A DNA stretch of 63,426 nucleotides, the filler included, from Octopus bimaculoides (lineage: Eukaryota), in NCBI RefSeq assembly GCF_001194135.2. It is 5 parts of 5 records of this genome, joined end to end, with 100 filler letters (N's around TTAATTAATTAA, not from the genome) between each part and the next. Parts side by side here need not be neighbours in the genome. Positions count along the whole stretch, not along the records: positions 1 to 26,390 come from NC_069001.1; positions 26,491 to 40,267 come from NC_068992.1; 3 more parts are not named here. The stretch is one strand, 5' to 3'. This document shows, piece by piece, positions 24,141 to 37,419 of the stretch; position 1 is the stretch's first letter, and every line of letters begins with the position of its first letter. The notes under the pieces are model-generated. The model had not been told where the DNA came from, did not search any database, and saw only the letters and a program-made list of their open reading frames with translations. The position numbers and the translations under genes are program-made.

Positions 24141-24152
24141 CGCGCGCGCGCG

Positions 24153-24199
<47 letters not shown>

Positions 24200-24215
24200 G
24201 CACGCACACACACAT
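24141..24215. repeat. (CG)10 run fused to (CA)n (Z-DNA-prone)
   Basis: Directly visible alternating purine-pyrimidine tract. Confidence 0.9.
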
Positions 24216-24389
24216 GTGCGCACACGCACGAACGCACGCAAACATTACTGACTTTATAATTACTAAGGTAGAAAGAGCAGTGTCTGAGGCTAAATTCATT
24301 ATCTAAACCTTAATGAGCTTGCCTGTTGCGAGATAAATGACTTCGAAATACATATAATGTTGTAAGCATGACAATATTTGAACCAACGA

Positions 24390-24558
24390 AGGTGGCGAGC
24401 TGGCAGACGCCTACGTTCTGAGTTCAAATTCCGTCGAGGTCGACTTGCCTTTCATCCTTTCGGGATCGATAAATTAAGTACCAGTTGCGTACTGGGGTCG
24501 ATCTGATCGACTGGCCCCCTCCCCCAAAATTTCGGGCCTTGTGCCTAGAATAGAAAAG
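24390..24558 (+). mobile_element. SINE with a perfect 17-bp TSD and an internal head deletion
   Basis: AATATTTGAACCAACGA at 24373-24389 and 24559-24575. Core GAGTTCAAATTCCGTCGAGGTCGAC..TTTCATCCTTTCGGGATCGATAAATTAAGTACCAG. Confidence 0.92.
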
Positions 24559-24782
24559 AATATTTGAACCAACGACGTTTTACCAACTGGCGAAGGCAAC
24601 TGAGCCGAAATTCGGAGTCACTGTCAAACTTTTCCCTGGGAAAGTTAATGAATGACACTTCAATTAATGTTCGAGTGCGTATGCATTAACAACTATTTAT
24701 CTGTGTATATGTCTGTCTGTCTTTGTGCCTGTCGTGTTTGTGTGTGTGTGTGTGTGTGTGTGTCTATACATACACACACGCG

Positions 24783-25239
24783 CAGTAATCCCTCGGCTAT
24801 TGCGGATGTTACGTTCCAAAAACCCCTGAAACAATACTGTACTGTATATATCTTTAATCATTTTTATAATTTGTATATATTTTATTATAAATGTAACACA
24901 ACACCACACACTCGCCTCCCGAGTTTTGTTTTCCATACAGTTTGTGCGATTCTTTGTTTACTCATCTACGGTACACTACGTATTTTCTATTTAATTAATG
25001 TATTATACAGTGCAGGACTGTAACTGTATTTATATTCATTAATTTATGAACTTTTAGGCGTGAAAATGCTGATTTTACCACAGAAATAATTAAAATCTAA
25101 AAAAATATAAATACCTGCTTATCGCAGAAACTCGCGATGTACTGGGGAATCCGCAATATAAATTTTCATATATTAGCAAGAAAATCCGCAATGTGCTGAG
25201 GGCGCGATAGATAAACCGCGATATGGCGAGTTTTCACTG
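24783..25239. mobile_element. pogo/Tigger-type MITE
   Basis: TIRs CAGTAATCCCTCGGCTATTGCGG / CCGCGATATGGCGAGTTTTCACTG. TA follows the right end. AT-rich interior with CCGCAAT/CGCGAT subrepeats. Confidence 0.8.
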
Positions 25240-25304
25240 TATACATACATACATACATACATACATACATACATACATACATACATGCATACATGCATAC
25301 ATAC

Positions 25305-25357
<53 letters not shown>

Positions 25358-25394
25358 GATAGATAATATACATATATACATATATGCATATATA

Positions 25395-26390
25395 CAGGGG
25401 TTGAACAAAATAATGGAAATACCTTAAAATTTCAAGCAAATTTATTTTATTATAGGGTAGGACCGCCTTTAGCAGTAATTACAGCTTGAATTCTACGAGG
25501 TATGGACTCGTACAAAGTTTGAATTGTTTCCAAAGGAATTTTTGTCCATTCTTCAGCTAAAACTGTCTCCAGTTCTTGTAGTGATGATGGTGGAGGATAC
25601 CGACTCCTTACTTGTTTTTCTAAAATGCACCATAAATGTTCAATAATATTGAGATCTGGGGACTGTGGTGGTCAGATAAGATGTTCAACTTCACTAAAAT
25701 GTTCCTCGTGCATTCAGTAACAACTTTAGCTGTGTGAATTGGTGCATTATCATCCTGGAAGATTGCGTTTCCCTCCAGAAACAGCCCCGCAACCATAGGA
25801 TGAATTTGATACGATAAAATGCTTAAATAGTCTTGTCTATTAATTCTGCCATGAAGGGAAACCATTGGGCCGGCGGATTTCCAAGATATAGCCACTCAGA
25901 TCATCACAGATCCATCTCCGTATTTAACAGTTGGAAGAAAGCAGTCTGAGTCAAATGCTTCTTTTGGCTGTCTGCACACGTACAGTATATATGGCCGGTG
26001 GTCGAAAATGAGGTAAAGGATGATTCGTCCGAGAAAATAACATTCTTCCACTCAACTAGGGACCAATTCTGTAGGTTTTTACTCCACTCTAAATGCTTTG
26101 CAACATTTGTTTTTGAAAGTAGTAATTTTCTGATTGCAGCCCTCCCATGAAATCCGGCTTTGTGCAGCTCCCGGCGAACAGTTTTTGTGGAAATTGGGTT
26201 CTCGAGGTAGTCATTAACCTCTCAAGTAATATTGGGAGCTGTTCTTTTGTGATCCTTTCTAACAATTCGCGTAAAATCTGACGGTCCCTATCTGAAAGTT
26301 TTGGTATTCTTCCGGAGTTTTGTTCCGACGATGTTTTTCCCTCATTCTCAAAGGCTGTCATTACTTTCGAGACAGTACTTCTTGATACAC
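25395..26390 (-). mobile_element. Tc1-like transposon with a DD36E triad (Incomer-type spacing), 5' end lost in a gap
   Basis: TA-CAGGGGTTGAACAAAATAATGGAAATACC TIR. VIFSDESSF; FQDDNAPIHTAKVVTE(W)HEEHFSEVEHLI(W)PPQSPDLNIIEHLW; AVITAKGGPTL*. The spacing is 36 residues after repairing a 1-nt deletion. Confidence 0.9.
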
Positions 26391-26434
26391 NNNNNNNNNN
26401 NNNNNNNNNNNNNNNNNNNNNNNNNNNNNNNNNN

Positions 26435-26446
26435 TTAATTAATTAA
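26435..26446. other. Artificial gap marker TTAATTAATTAA inside a 100-bp gap (44 N + 12 + 44 N)
   Basis: The identical construct recurs at 40312, 51550 and 61870. It places stops in all six frames. Confidence 0.95.
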
Positions 26447-26490
26447 NNNNNNNNNNNNNNNNNNNNNNNNNNNNNNNNNNNNNNNNNNNN

Positions 26491-26562
<72 letters not shown>

Positions 26563-28019
26563 GGAAGGGGAGACGTGGGAAACCTTTGAGGAATAACTAA
26601 CCTTCAATGCACATTAAACTGAAATTGATAATACTACTCTAACAAAGAAATTTATAGAATCATTAAACGCATACGAGAAAGAGGAAACTGATTAGATTAG
26701 GCTGATCGAAGAACACAGGATAAGATTTACGAAACACCTAAAAGATGGATGTCTTATTAAAACCACGTTAATTGCCTCGCACCGACTACCGTATGCATAT
26801 TAGAACATATAGGCTGTTTCGTGCCCTGTCCCACACCGAATATATTTACAGGCAAGTATACAAGGATTCTAATTTGCGATGCTCTGCCCCACTCTTGCAA
26901 CTGAGTTGTCATTTGTGGATGATTTATTTATATTCCTTTTAATTATATATTCGGTTTTATATTATTATTTATTTTTCTATGATGTATCACGTAAAAGTTA
27001 AACGTATTCAATGTTGTTCCAGTAAAAAGAAGAAGATCTAAAAATCATTTGTTCAATTAGAATTTTCTTTGTTCGAAAGTCAGCAATTGTTGACTGATTC
27101 GTAGCCATTCAATGAAAATGTAGATCACTTGTTCGTAAAGTCAATAACAAATCATAGAAAATTATTGGCTTTGTTAGTAAGAATAGCAACCATAATGAAT
27201 TATATATAGTTTCTATTTTTATACCCCACATACAAACAACAAAAGCAATCAGAACTGTCGATCTTATTACTAGAATAGTATAAAAATAATCAAACTGCAC
27301 TTGGTTTATGATAAATAGAAGCTAACGTAGAATAGATTTCAGACAGAACACAACAAATGATAAATTACGTGAATGAAAACGCGTTTTTGTATATGTACAT
27401 AGATACCCTCTTGCTTACAACGTAATTTGGATAATGTGCTGAAGAGACAAATGTGTACAAACAGATGAAAGGCCATCCATTAAGAAGTACTAAGTTAAAC
27501 GTACCTGTATTTAAACAAATAGCAGATATACTGTAGAGGCTAAATCAAGTAATTGTCACGCTTAGGGGTTTAGATGACCAAAAACATCAGACACTTACTA
27601 TCACTATTGTTTATTGCTATCAGAGCTACCTCAAATAGTTTTACTGCATTTTAGATAGCCACAACTTAACAAAAATGATACCTAGTTTATTATCGTTCAA
27701 AATTTCTGATTTGTTAAAATTTCTGTTTGGTTAAATTAACACACTTGACAATGATAAAACTAAGACACAATGATGCAAATGAAAAACCTGCCATAAGTAT
27801 TGTGAATATATGCAAAGAGACAGATACATTTATAATTGAACATATCTAGAACATATTAGTATACATAGGTACATACACGCACCACATAGATACAAGTACG
27901 TATCTATGTATGTGACTGCGCATGTATATATAAATATATATATGTTAAATTCAAATTACTGTAAACATAAACAAACAAACGGAAGTTTGCTTTTAGAACT
28001 GTTGAAATGTCTTAGAAAG

Positions 28020-28164
28020 TTAAAGAATTGATTTTTAAATTCTCAAACGCAGTCTCATAGCTGGCTGCCAACATTTTTTTCTGCAAAATAAGGGTAGCTT
28101 ATCCTGTTCAGGCTATATTATTAGCATTATCCTGCGTTTGAGAATTTAAAAATAACTTCTATAA
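28020..28164. mobile_element. Small MITE-like inverted repeat (perfect 22-bp arms)
   Basis: ATTTTTAAATTCTCAAACGCAG (28031-28052) / CTGCGTTTGAGAATTTAAAAAT (28132-28153). It extends to ~33 bp with 3 mismatches. Confidence 0.6.
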
Positions 28165-28973
28165 ATATATATGTATATATATATATATATATATANNNNN
28201 NNNNNNNNNNNNNNNNNNNNNNNNNNNNNNNNNNNNNNNNNNNNNNNNNNNNNNNNNNNNNNNNNNNNNNNNNNNNNNNNNNNNNNNNNNNNNNNNNNNN
28301 NNNNNNNNNNNNNNNNNNNNNNNNNNNNNNNNNNNNNNNNNNNNNNNNNNNNNNNNNNNNNNNNNNNNNNNNNNNNNNNNNNNNNNNNNNNNNNNNNNNN
28401 NNNNNNNNNNNNNNNNNNNNNNNNNNNNNNNNNNNNNNNNNNNNNNNNNNNNNNNNNNNNNNNNNNNNNNNNNNNNNNNNNNNNNNNNNNNNNNNNNNNN
28501 NNNNNNNNNNNNNNNNNNNNNNNNNNNNNNNNNNNNNNNNNNNNNNNNNNNNNNNNNNNNNNNNNNNNNNNNNNNNNNNNNNNNNNNNNNNNNNNNNNNN
28601 NNNNNNNNNNNNNNNNNNNNNNNNNNNNNNNNNNNNNNNNNNNNNNNNNNNNNNNNNNNNNNNNNNNNNNNNNNNNNNNNNNNNNNNNNNNNNNNNNNNN
28701 NNNNNNNNNNNNNNNNNNNNNNNNNNNNNNNNNNNNNNNNNNNNNNNNNNNNNNNNNNNNNNNNNNNNNNNNNNNNNNNNNNNNNNNNNNNNNNNNNNNN
28801 NNNNNNNNNNNNNNNNNNNNNNNNNNNNNNNNNNNNNNNNNNNNNNNNNNNNNNNNNNNNNNNNNNNNNNNNNNNNNNNNNNNNNNNNNNNNNNNNNNNN
28901 NNNNNNNNNNNNNNNNNNNNNNNNNNNNNNNNNNNNNNNNNNNNNNNNNNNNNNNNNNNNNNNNNNNNNNNNN

Positions 28974-29012
<39 letters not shown>

Positions 29013-31239
29013 AGAAACAGAGAGCCGTCTGTTTTATTGATATAACAAATTTGGTAAGTAAAATAATGTTGCTTTGTGTATCAAATTTATATTACAATTT
29101 TTTCCTAGAAATACTTATATAGCAGAAACATTAGACAAATTTCATATATTCATTCTGTTGTTTTATAATAACCCATTGCTATCTTTATTTCCCCACTCTC
29201 TCCATTCTGTTTATACCTTTCGGTTTTTCTCTTCTTTCTTTTATTTCTTCTTCTTTCTGTCATTCATCCATAGATTATTATATACCTCCTTTCATATTTC
29301 CTTCTCTTTTCATATATTTTCTTGCTTTCGAACGTTTTATCCTCACGCCTGAAACAGCTCTCAAAGAAATGCAGAACATTTATGAATACACCTAAATGAA
29401 TTCATAGCGTTTGGAGTTCATATTAGCGCATATACTTATATGAAAATCGTTTGCTAATCTATTGATGTAGCATTCCACATATATTGTATTATTTATTTCT
29501 TTACCTTATCATTCTTTACACTATATATATGTACATAATATTCGGGATTTAGCCAAAACATGTATGTTCCTATATATCCAAGCATCTTATCAATTTTATT
29601 TCTCATGTGTTTCTGGTAATGTAGCTTGTTTATGTATCTATCTATTTATCTATCTACGTAGATGTACCTATGAATTTATCTATCTGTCTACCTCTGTCCA
29701 CACACATACACGCACACACAGACATACACATATACGAACACATATATACATATGTATTTGCATGTATTCCATTCGTATACGTTTTATATATATACGTATA
29801 TATATATATATNNNNNNNNNNNNNNNNNNNNNNNNNNNNNNNNNNNNNNNNNNNNNNNNNNNNNNNNNNNNNNNNNNNNNNNNNNNNNNNNNNNNNNNNN
29901 NNNNNNNNNNNNNNNNNNNNNNNNNNNNNNNNNNNNNNNNNNNNNNNNNNNNNNNNNNNNNNNNNNNNNNNNNNNNNNNNNNNNNNNNNNNNNNNNNNNN
30001 NNNNNNNNNNNNNNNNNNNNNNNNNNNNNNNNNNNNNNNNNNNNNNNNNNNNNNNNNNNNNNNNNNNNNNNNNNNNNNNNNNNNNNNNNNNNNNNNNNNN
30101 NNNNNNNNNNNNNNNNNNNNNNNNNNNNNNNNNNNNNNNNNNNNNNNNNNNNNNNNNNNNNNNNNNNNNNNNNNNNNNNNNNNNNNNNNNNNNNNNNNNN
30201 NNNNNNNNNNNNNNNNNNNNNNNNNNNNNNNNNNNNNNNNNNNNNNNNNNNNNNNNNNNNNNNNNNNNNNNNNNNNNNNNNNNNNNNNNNNNNNNNNNNN
30301 NNNNNNNNNNNNNNNNNNNNNNNNNNNNNNNNNNNNNNNNNNNNNNNNNNNNNNNNNNNNNNNNNNNNNNCATATACGAACACATATATACATATGTATT
30401 TGCATGTATTCCATTCGTATACGTTTTATATATATACGTATATTTCTGTGGGTATATATATATGTGTGTGTGTAGTATATGTATATACACAGAAAGAAGT
30501 AGATCGATATAGTGATAATTAGAGAGATAACGACCCGTATATGTGTATATATAAACATGTATAAATGTGTGCTTATGTATGTATGCGTGTCTGTGAGTGT
30601 GTGTGTTTGTGTGCGGTTGATTGTTTGTGTGTCTGACTACAGACGTTGTGCATGTATATACATGTGCTTGCGTCGAAATTCCTGTAGTTTGGGTGAAAGC
30701 CTATGCGTGTACGTTGTTGAAAACTTTATCATAATATATGGTTATCTAAATAAAGTGGTGTTCTGTTATATATAAAAATATAACTACAACTATATCAAAA
30801 CAAACAGTTACACAGCGCTTACTTCCTTTCGATATAGAAATGGGACAGGCTTTACTTGCTTTTCTCTTGTCGTTTTTTTTTTGTTTTTTTTTTGTCTTTG
30901 CCATTTCCAAGAATATATCGATGTGTTAAGCTGAGTAAATCTTACCAAAGTCTCACCATATGTACAAGACAGTCACGCTGAATGAGCATCTTATGCTTTT
31001 GTCGTTGTGTAAAGAATAAGTGTCCTGAACAAACAATAAGCGTTATTATTTTGGAATATTTAGTCTTGTTAGCGAATTCCTTGTTCCAACCAATGCAGTG
31101 AATTGGGATGAATTCATACATCTCATGTCATTGTGATTCATTCCTACAATGGCGGCATCCTACATAGTCACTATTGTCATAATCGTCATAATCATCATCA
31201 GCATTATTGGTATCATTCTCGTCATCGCATTCATAGTCG

Positions 31240-31242
31240 ACA

Positions 31243-31277
<35 letters not shown>

Positions 31278-31332
31278 TTCGTCGGCGCCTTCGTCGGCGC
31301 CTTCGTCGGCGCCTTCGTCGGCGCCTTCGTCA
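31240..31332. repeat. (GTC)n microsatellite plus 12-bp tandem repeat CTTCGTCGGCGC x4.5
   Basis: Directly visible (12-mer at 31277-31331). Confidence 0.95.
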
Positions 31333-32439
31333 TCGACTTCTGTTAATATCATTTGTTAACTATGTTCAATATACTCGAACAGACACACGTCCGCACACAT
31401 AAAAATATATACGTATGCGTGATATACAATAAATGCATGTATATATNNNNNNNNNNNNNNNNNNNNNNNNNNNNNNNNNNNNNNNNNNNNNNNNNNNNNN
31501 NNNNNNNNNNNNNNNNNNNNNNNNNNNNNNNNNNNNNNNNNNNNNNNNNNNNNNNNNNNNNNNNNNNNNNNNNNNNNNNNNNNNNNNNNNNNNNNNNNNN
31601 NNNNNNNNNNNNNNNNNNNNNNNNNNNNNNNNNNNNNNNNNNNNNNNNNNNNNNNNNNNNNNNNNNNNNNNNNNNNNNNNNNNNNNNNNNNNNNNNNNNN
31701 NNNNNNNNNNNNNNNNNNNNNNNNNNNNNNNNNNNNNNNNNNNNNNNNNNNNNNNNNNNNNNNNNNNNNNNNNNNNNNNNNNNNNNNNNNNNNNNNNNNN
31801 NNNNNNNNNNNNNNNNNNNNNNNNNNNNNNNNNNNNNNNNNNNNNNNNNNNNNNNNNNNNNNNNNNNNNNNNNNNNNNNNNNNNNNNNNNNNNNNNNNNN
31901 NNNNNNNNNNNNNNNNNNNNNNNNNNNNNNNNNNNNNNNNNNNNNNNNNNNNNNNNNNNNNNNNNNNNNNNNNNNNNNNNNNNNNNNNNNNNNNNNNNNN
32001 NNNNNNNNNNNNNNNNNNNNNNNNNNNNNNNNNNNNNNNNNNNNNNNNNNNNNNNNNNNNNNNNNNNNNNNNNNNNNNNNNNNNNNNNNNNNNNNNNNNN
32101 NNNNNNNNNNNNNNNNNNNNNNNNNNATATATATATATATATATATATATACATACATATACACAGATATATATATATGTTATATTTATATGTATTAAAT
32201 CATAGAATATCGCTGGTATGACAAAGTCCATACTTCATCTCTGCACAACTGTATTATTAACAGAAAGGAAAATAACAACATACGTTGCATAAGCATACAA
32301 GCGAAGCACGGTGATTATTATTATTAGCTTTAAACAAATTCTAAGAAAAAAAAAATTGATGCTATTCAAAAGAAAAGAGATATAATGTGGTGACGTGGAT
32401 CAAAAAAAAATATATCTACAGTAACCCAGATTTTTCTAG

Positions 32440-32680
32440 CTTTTCATGAGGTACGAATACAAGCTTGGAAGCTACTAAAATTGCTTACCCACCTGCGCTA
32501 TCTAACAACCAGATCTCACTTGAATCACATCCTATTGTGCTTAAGAATGAACGTATACATTGGATAATGTAGTTCTCGACATATTTTTGAAATACAGTCG
32601 CAATTTTCACCGTGGCAGTGCCTTTAGTAATCCTTCTGGTAAAGCAGAGCTGATGAGGGATTGAGCTTCAAAAATGCATC
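32440..32680 (+). mobile_element. Possible old mariner C-terminal remnant
   Basis: Weak resemblance to the LPHP-YSPDL region and the transposase tail. Confidence 0.3.
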
Positions 32681-32810
32681 ATTGCATTGCTTTCGTTTTT
32701 GGTTCAATGTTAGGTATTTTTTTGTTTGTTGTATACTTAATATTTACTTCACCAATTAGCAATGAGAATCATCACATTCATTTAAGTATTGTTTATTCAA
32801 ATCTTGTTAT

Positions 32811-33362
32811 AGGCGTGGCTGTGTGGTAAGAAGCTTGTTTCTCAACCACTTGATTCTGGGTTCAGTCCCATTGTGTGACACTTTTAGCGGGTGTCATCTA
32901 TTATAGCTATGACAGACGGAAACTGAAAGAAACCCATATCCAAAATGGAGACGAACACCATCCATCCATGTGAAGGGCTTGACAGATTAAGATATCAAGA
33001 TATTTTTCTTGATAACCAATGGTAGCCTTAATCCACAAATAAAGAAATTTTACCTACCAATGCGGTGCGGTGTTGAGCACTGATTCCCGATGTTCGAATT
33101 TACACACACACACACACATGTATATACGTATGTATGAATGTATGTATGCATGTATGTATGTATGTGTTTGTGTTTGACCTTCACCACCGCTTCGCAACTG
33201 ATGCTTGTGCTTACTCCCCGTAACCTAGCGGCTCGGCAAAAGGGACGGCTAGAATAAGTACCGGGCTTAAAAAATAAAGTACTGGGGTCGATTGCTTCTA
33301 CCAAAAAATTTTCAAGGTAGTGCTCCAGCACCACCGCAGTCTAATGTCTGAAACATAAAATA
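32811..33362 (+). mobile_element. Composite tRNA-derived SINE (CORE-like family with internal microsatellite)
   Basis: Head GGCGTGGCTGTGTGGTAAGAAGCTT..GGTTCAGTCCCA (A/B-box-like). The 3' body ..CAAGGTAGTGCTCCAGCA..GCAGTCTAATGTCTGAAACA matches the copy at 47873-48180. Confidence 0.8.
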
Positions 33363-34693
33363 TAACGTCCCTGCTAAATCATTGCATGTTTCCCACATGA
33401 CCATATGATTTCAAATCTCACCGAGGTCACATTTCGTTTTCATCTCTCAGGGTTCAATAGAACGAATCCCATTCATGTACTGCGGGCAATAGAAGGGATT
33501 ATATCAGCTTTATGCCCCGATTTCGGTCAGAATACCTAGTGGTATTTGTGAGAATACACACGAGTTGTTATGTTGGTGTTTGACAACTTTGTATATGAAA
33601 TAACTTTGCACTGTCAAATAAATGTTTTGATATGCGTTTACATCATGTATTTATGATATTTCCTGTTTTAATTGACAATTCCTACATATAATGGAATTAA
33701 AGCTATTGCTTTCTCATATATATTTATTTATGTATTCTCTTGTTTCACTAAACTAAACTTATCAAGTTCTATTACTTCTTAAATTAACTATGAACGCTCA
33801 AAATCTTGCTCGATTTTGTCTCTGCTATCTAGAATTACAGTGACGTTGTAATCAAGAACGACAACATTCATAACTTGTATTGCTCTGTTAAACCAACACA
33901 AATGAACTGAACTGGCTGTGATGAAATATTACTTTTGTTCTATCTAACAAACTGGACTAAAGTTTGGCAAGTATTATGATCAATTATTTGCTTTAAGCTC
34001 TCGCTTTAGTTTTCATCTTCACAGGTGTTTATTTTTCTTTTAATGAATCACATACTTGTTACAATGTAGTACATAATAGGCATCTGTTTTTGTCCATAAA
34101 TGTTTAATAATACATCGAAAATATTATATTATATGTAAGCAGATACTTGTTATTCTAATACTACTTTTTATGGAAATGCTACAATAAAATTTTAATTTGT
34201 AAAAGTAGATTTACTATCGATGTCAGTCTGAGATTAGTATACAGTCTCTGATTAGAATACTGACGCTCACGTTTATAACTTTCTTACGAAAACCTTTCAA
34301 GTTCTCTGACATCAATTTTATTATTTTGTGGCAATAGTAATTCAGTCGATGATTTATTGATATTTTATCCGATTTCTATAATTAACACCGATATTGCTTA
34401 TTAATCGAAATCAATATGTGGTACAATGTTACGTCACGACTAGAATTTATGTGAGGTTATAGCTAGTTATATCTCTGAGTCAGTAGCGCATTTTCGGTTC
34501 TTCTTGTGAGAATTTTCTGATACAGCGCTTAATATACTCTGTTCGAAAAGCCGCGAACATAGCATTTACTTTTTTGGTATCTAAAATATAGATCTTTCCT
34601 ACTGCATTAGTAGTTGTGTGAACGTTGTTATCTATATTATGTAGCACACAGAACACACCTTCAGCCCCTCACCACACACACACACACAAACAC

Positions 34694-34794
<101 letters not shown>

Positions 34795-34967
34795 GGGGAG
34801 GTGGTGAGCTGGCAGAATCGTTAGCACCCTGGGCGAAATGCTTCGATGCATTTTGCCCATTGCTACGTTCTGATTTTAAATTCCACCGCGGCTGTCTTTG
34901 CCTTTCATCCTTTCGGGTTCGAAGAAATAAGTATCAATGTAACACTGATGGCCGATGTAATCGGCTT
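34795..34967 (+). mobile_element. SINE (GGTGGTGAGCTGGCAGAATCGTTAGCA family)
   Basis: Head and core match the 43-44 kb copies. It runs into a gap. Confidence 0.85.
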
Positions 34968-35977
34968 NNNNNNNNNNNNNNNNNNNNNNNNNNNNNNNNN
35001 NNNNNNNNNNNNNNNNNNNNNNNNNNNNNNNNNNNNNNNNNNNNNNNNNNNNNNNNNNNNNNNNNNNNNNNNNNNNNNNNNNNNNNNNNNNNNNNNNNNN
35101 NNNNNNNNNNNNNNNNNNNNNNNNNNNNNNNNNNNNNNNNNNNNNNNNNNNNNNNNNNNNNNNNNNNNNNNNNNNNNNNNNNNNNNNNNNNNNNNNNNNN
35201 NNNNNNNNNNNNNNNNNNNNNNNNNNNNNNNNNNNNNNNNNNNNNNNNNNNNNNNNNNNNNNNNNNNNNNNNNNNNNNNNNNNNNNNNNNNNNNNNNNNN
35301 NNNNNNNNNNNNNNNNNNNNNNNNNNNNNNNNNNNNNNNNNNNNNNNNNNNNNNNNNNNNNNNNNNNNNNNNNNNNNNNNNNNNNNNNNNNNNNNNNNNN
35401 NNNNNNNNNNNNNNNNNNNNNNNNNNNNNNNNNNNNNNNNNNNNNNNNNNNNNNNNNNNNNNNNNNNNNNNNNNNNNNNNNNNNNNNNNNNNNNNNNNNN
35501 NNNNNNNNNNNNNNNNNNNNNNNNNNNNNNNNNNNNNNNNNNNNNNNNNNNNNNNNNNNNNNNNNNNNNNNNNNNNNNNNNNNNNNNNNNNNNNNNNNNN
35601 NNNNNNNNNNNNNNNNNNNNNNNNNNNNNNNNNNNNNNNNNNNNNNNNNNNNNNNNNNNNNNNNNNNNNNNNNNNNNNNNNNNNNNNNNNNNNNNNNNNN
35701 NNNNNNNNNNNNNNNNNNNNNNNNNNNNNNNNNNNNNNNNNNNNNNNNNNNNNNNNNNNNNNNNNNNNNNNNNNNNNNNNNNNNNNNNNNNNNNNNNNNN
35801 NNNNNNNNNNNNNNNNNNNNNNNNNNNNNNNNNNNNNNNNNNNNNNNNNNNNNNNNNNNNNNNNNNNNNNNNNNNNNNNNNNNNNNNNNNNNNNNNNNNN
35901 NNNNNNNNNNNNNNNNNNNNNNNNNNNNNNNNNNNNNNNNNNNNNNNNNNNNNNNNNNNNTATATGAGAGCGTTAGC

Positions 35978-36019
<42 letters not shown>

Positions 36020-37419
36020 TGAGAGAGAGAGGGGGGTAGATAGATAGATAGATAGATAGAAGTAAAGATAGATAGGTACCGGCAGTAACCAGTGATGTTT
36101 TACTTCCGACGGAAGTAACTTGTGGATGCAAACTTAAGACAAACGACGCGATTCATTAAAGGTTGCGATACAAAGTATATAAATAACAAAATGGTAGACT
36201 GATATTACAACTCTTTGCCATGATTTTACCTCTGACTAATAATCACTCGGCCTCTGTCAAGTCAACCCAGAATCAGATGAAAGAATATATGTAAAGTGAT
36301 AAAACTTGGAATAATATTAAATGAAAAACGATATTAAACCGAACAACGTTGCTTTTATACTTAAATCACTCCAGTTTGTTACAATATATTATAATAATTA
36401 ATATGTCATAACATTTAGAACGAGTAATGCTTTATTTGAAAGAGGAGACTGAAATATTGTAATGTGACATTTGAAAAGAAATTATATTGTTAGGAACAGG
36501 GAGAAATAAATTTAATTATAAAAACGAAATATGACACGAATTATGTAGGGCCTTGTAAGGTAACTGTCAGTCGTTATCTCACTACACATATACACACACT
36601 CAAGAATTTGTATACATATATATTTATATATATATATATATNNNNNNNNNNNNNNNNNNNNNNNNNNNNNNNNNNNNNNNNNNNNNNNNNNNNNNNNNNN
36701 NNNNNNNNNNNNNNNNNNNNNNNNNNNNNNNNNNNNNNNNNNNNNNNNNNNNNNNNNNNNNNNNNNNNNNNNNNNNNNNNNNNNNNNNNNNNNNNNNNNN
36801 NNNNNNNNNNNNNNNNNNNNNNNNNNNNNNNNNNNNNNNNNNNNNNNNNNNNNNNNNNNNNNNNNNNNNNNNNNNNNNNNNNNNNNNNNNNNNNNNNNNN
36901 NNNNNNNNNNNNNNNNNNNNNNNNNNNNNNNNNNNNNNNNNNNNNNNNNNNNNNNNNNNNNNNNNNNNNNNNNNNNNNNNNNNNNNNNNNNNNNNNNNNN
37001 NNNNNNNNNNNNNNNNNNNNNNNNNNNNNNNNNNNNNNNNNNNNNNNNNNNNNNNNNNNNNNNNNNNNNNNNNNNNNNNNNNNNNNNNNNNNNNNNNNNN
37101 NNNNNNNNNNNNNNNNNNNNNNNNNNNNNNNNNNNNNNNNNNNNNNNNNNNNNNNNNNNNNNNNNNNNNNNNNNNNNNNNNNNNNNNNNNNNNNNNNNNN
37201 NNNNNNNNNNNNNNNNNNNNNNNNNNNNNNNNNNNNNNNNNNNNNNNNNNNNNNNNNNNNNNNNNNNNNNNNNNNNNNNNNNNNNNNNNNNNNNNNNNNN
37301 NNNNNNNNNNNNNNNNNNNNNNNNNNNNNNNNNNNATATATATATATATATACATATATGAATGTCTATAGAGCGATATGAGTATATATAAATACACACA
37401 CGCATGCACACGTACATTC

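Noticed and set aside
26435-26446. TTAATTAATTAA islands centred in exactly 100-bp gaps (also at 40312, 51550 and 61870), which could look like a regularly recurring motif
   Set aside because: The identical 44N+12+44N construct with six-frame stops is a scaffolding spacer, not biology.
29728-30442. ~75-bp sequence repeated on both sides of a gap (a similar case is at ~19130-19170 vs ~19915-19950)
   Set aside because: It is most likely an unmerged contig overlap at microsatellite ends and cannot be distinguished from a real duplication without reads.
31128-31352. Acidic DEGA/poly-D ORF on the - strand
   Set aside because: It derives wholly from (GTC)n and a 12-bp tandem repeat, with no flanking coding context.
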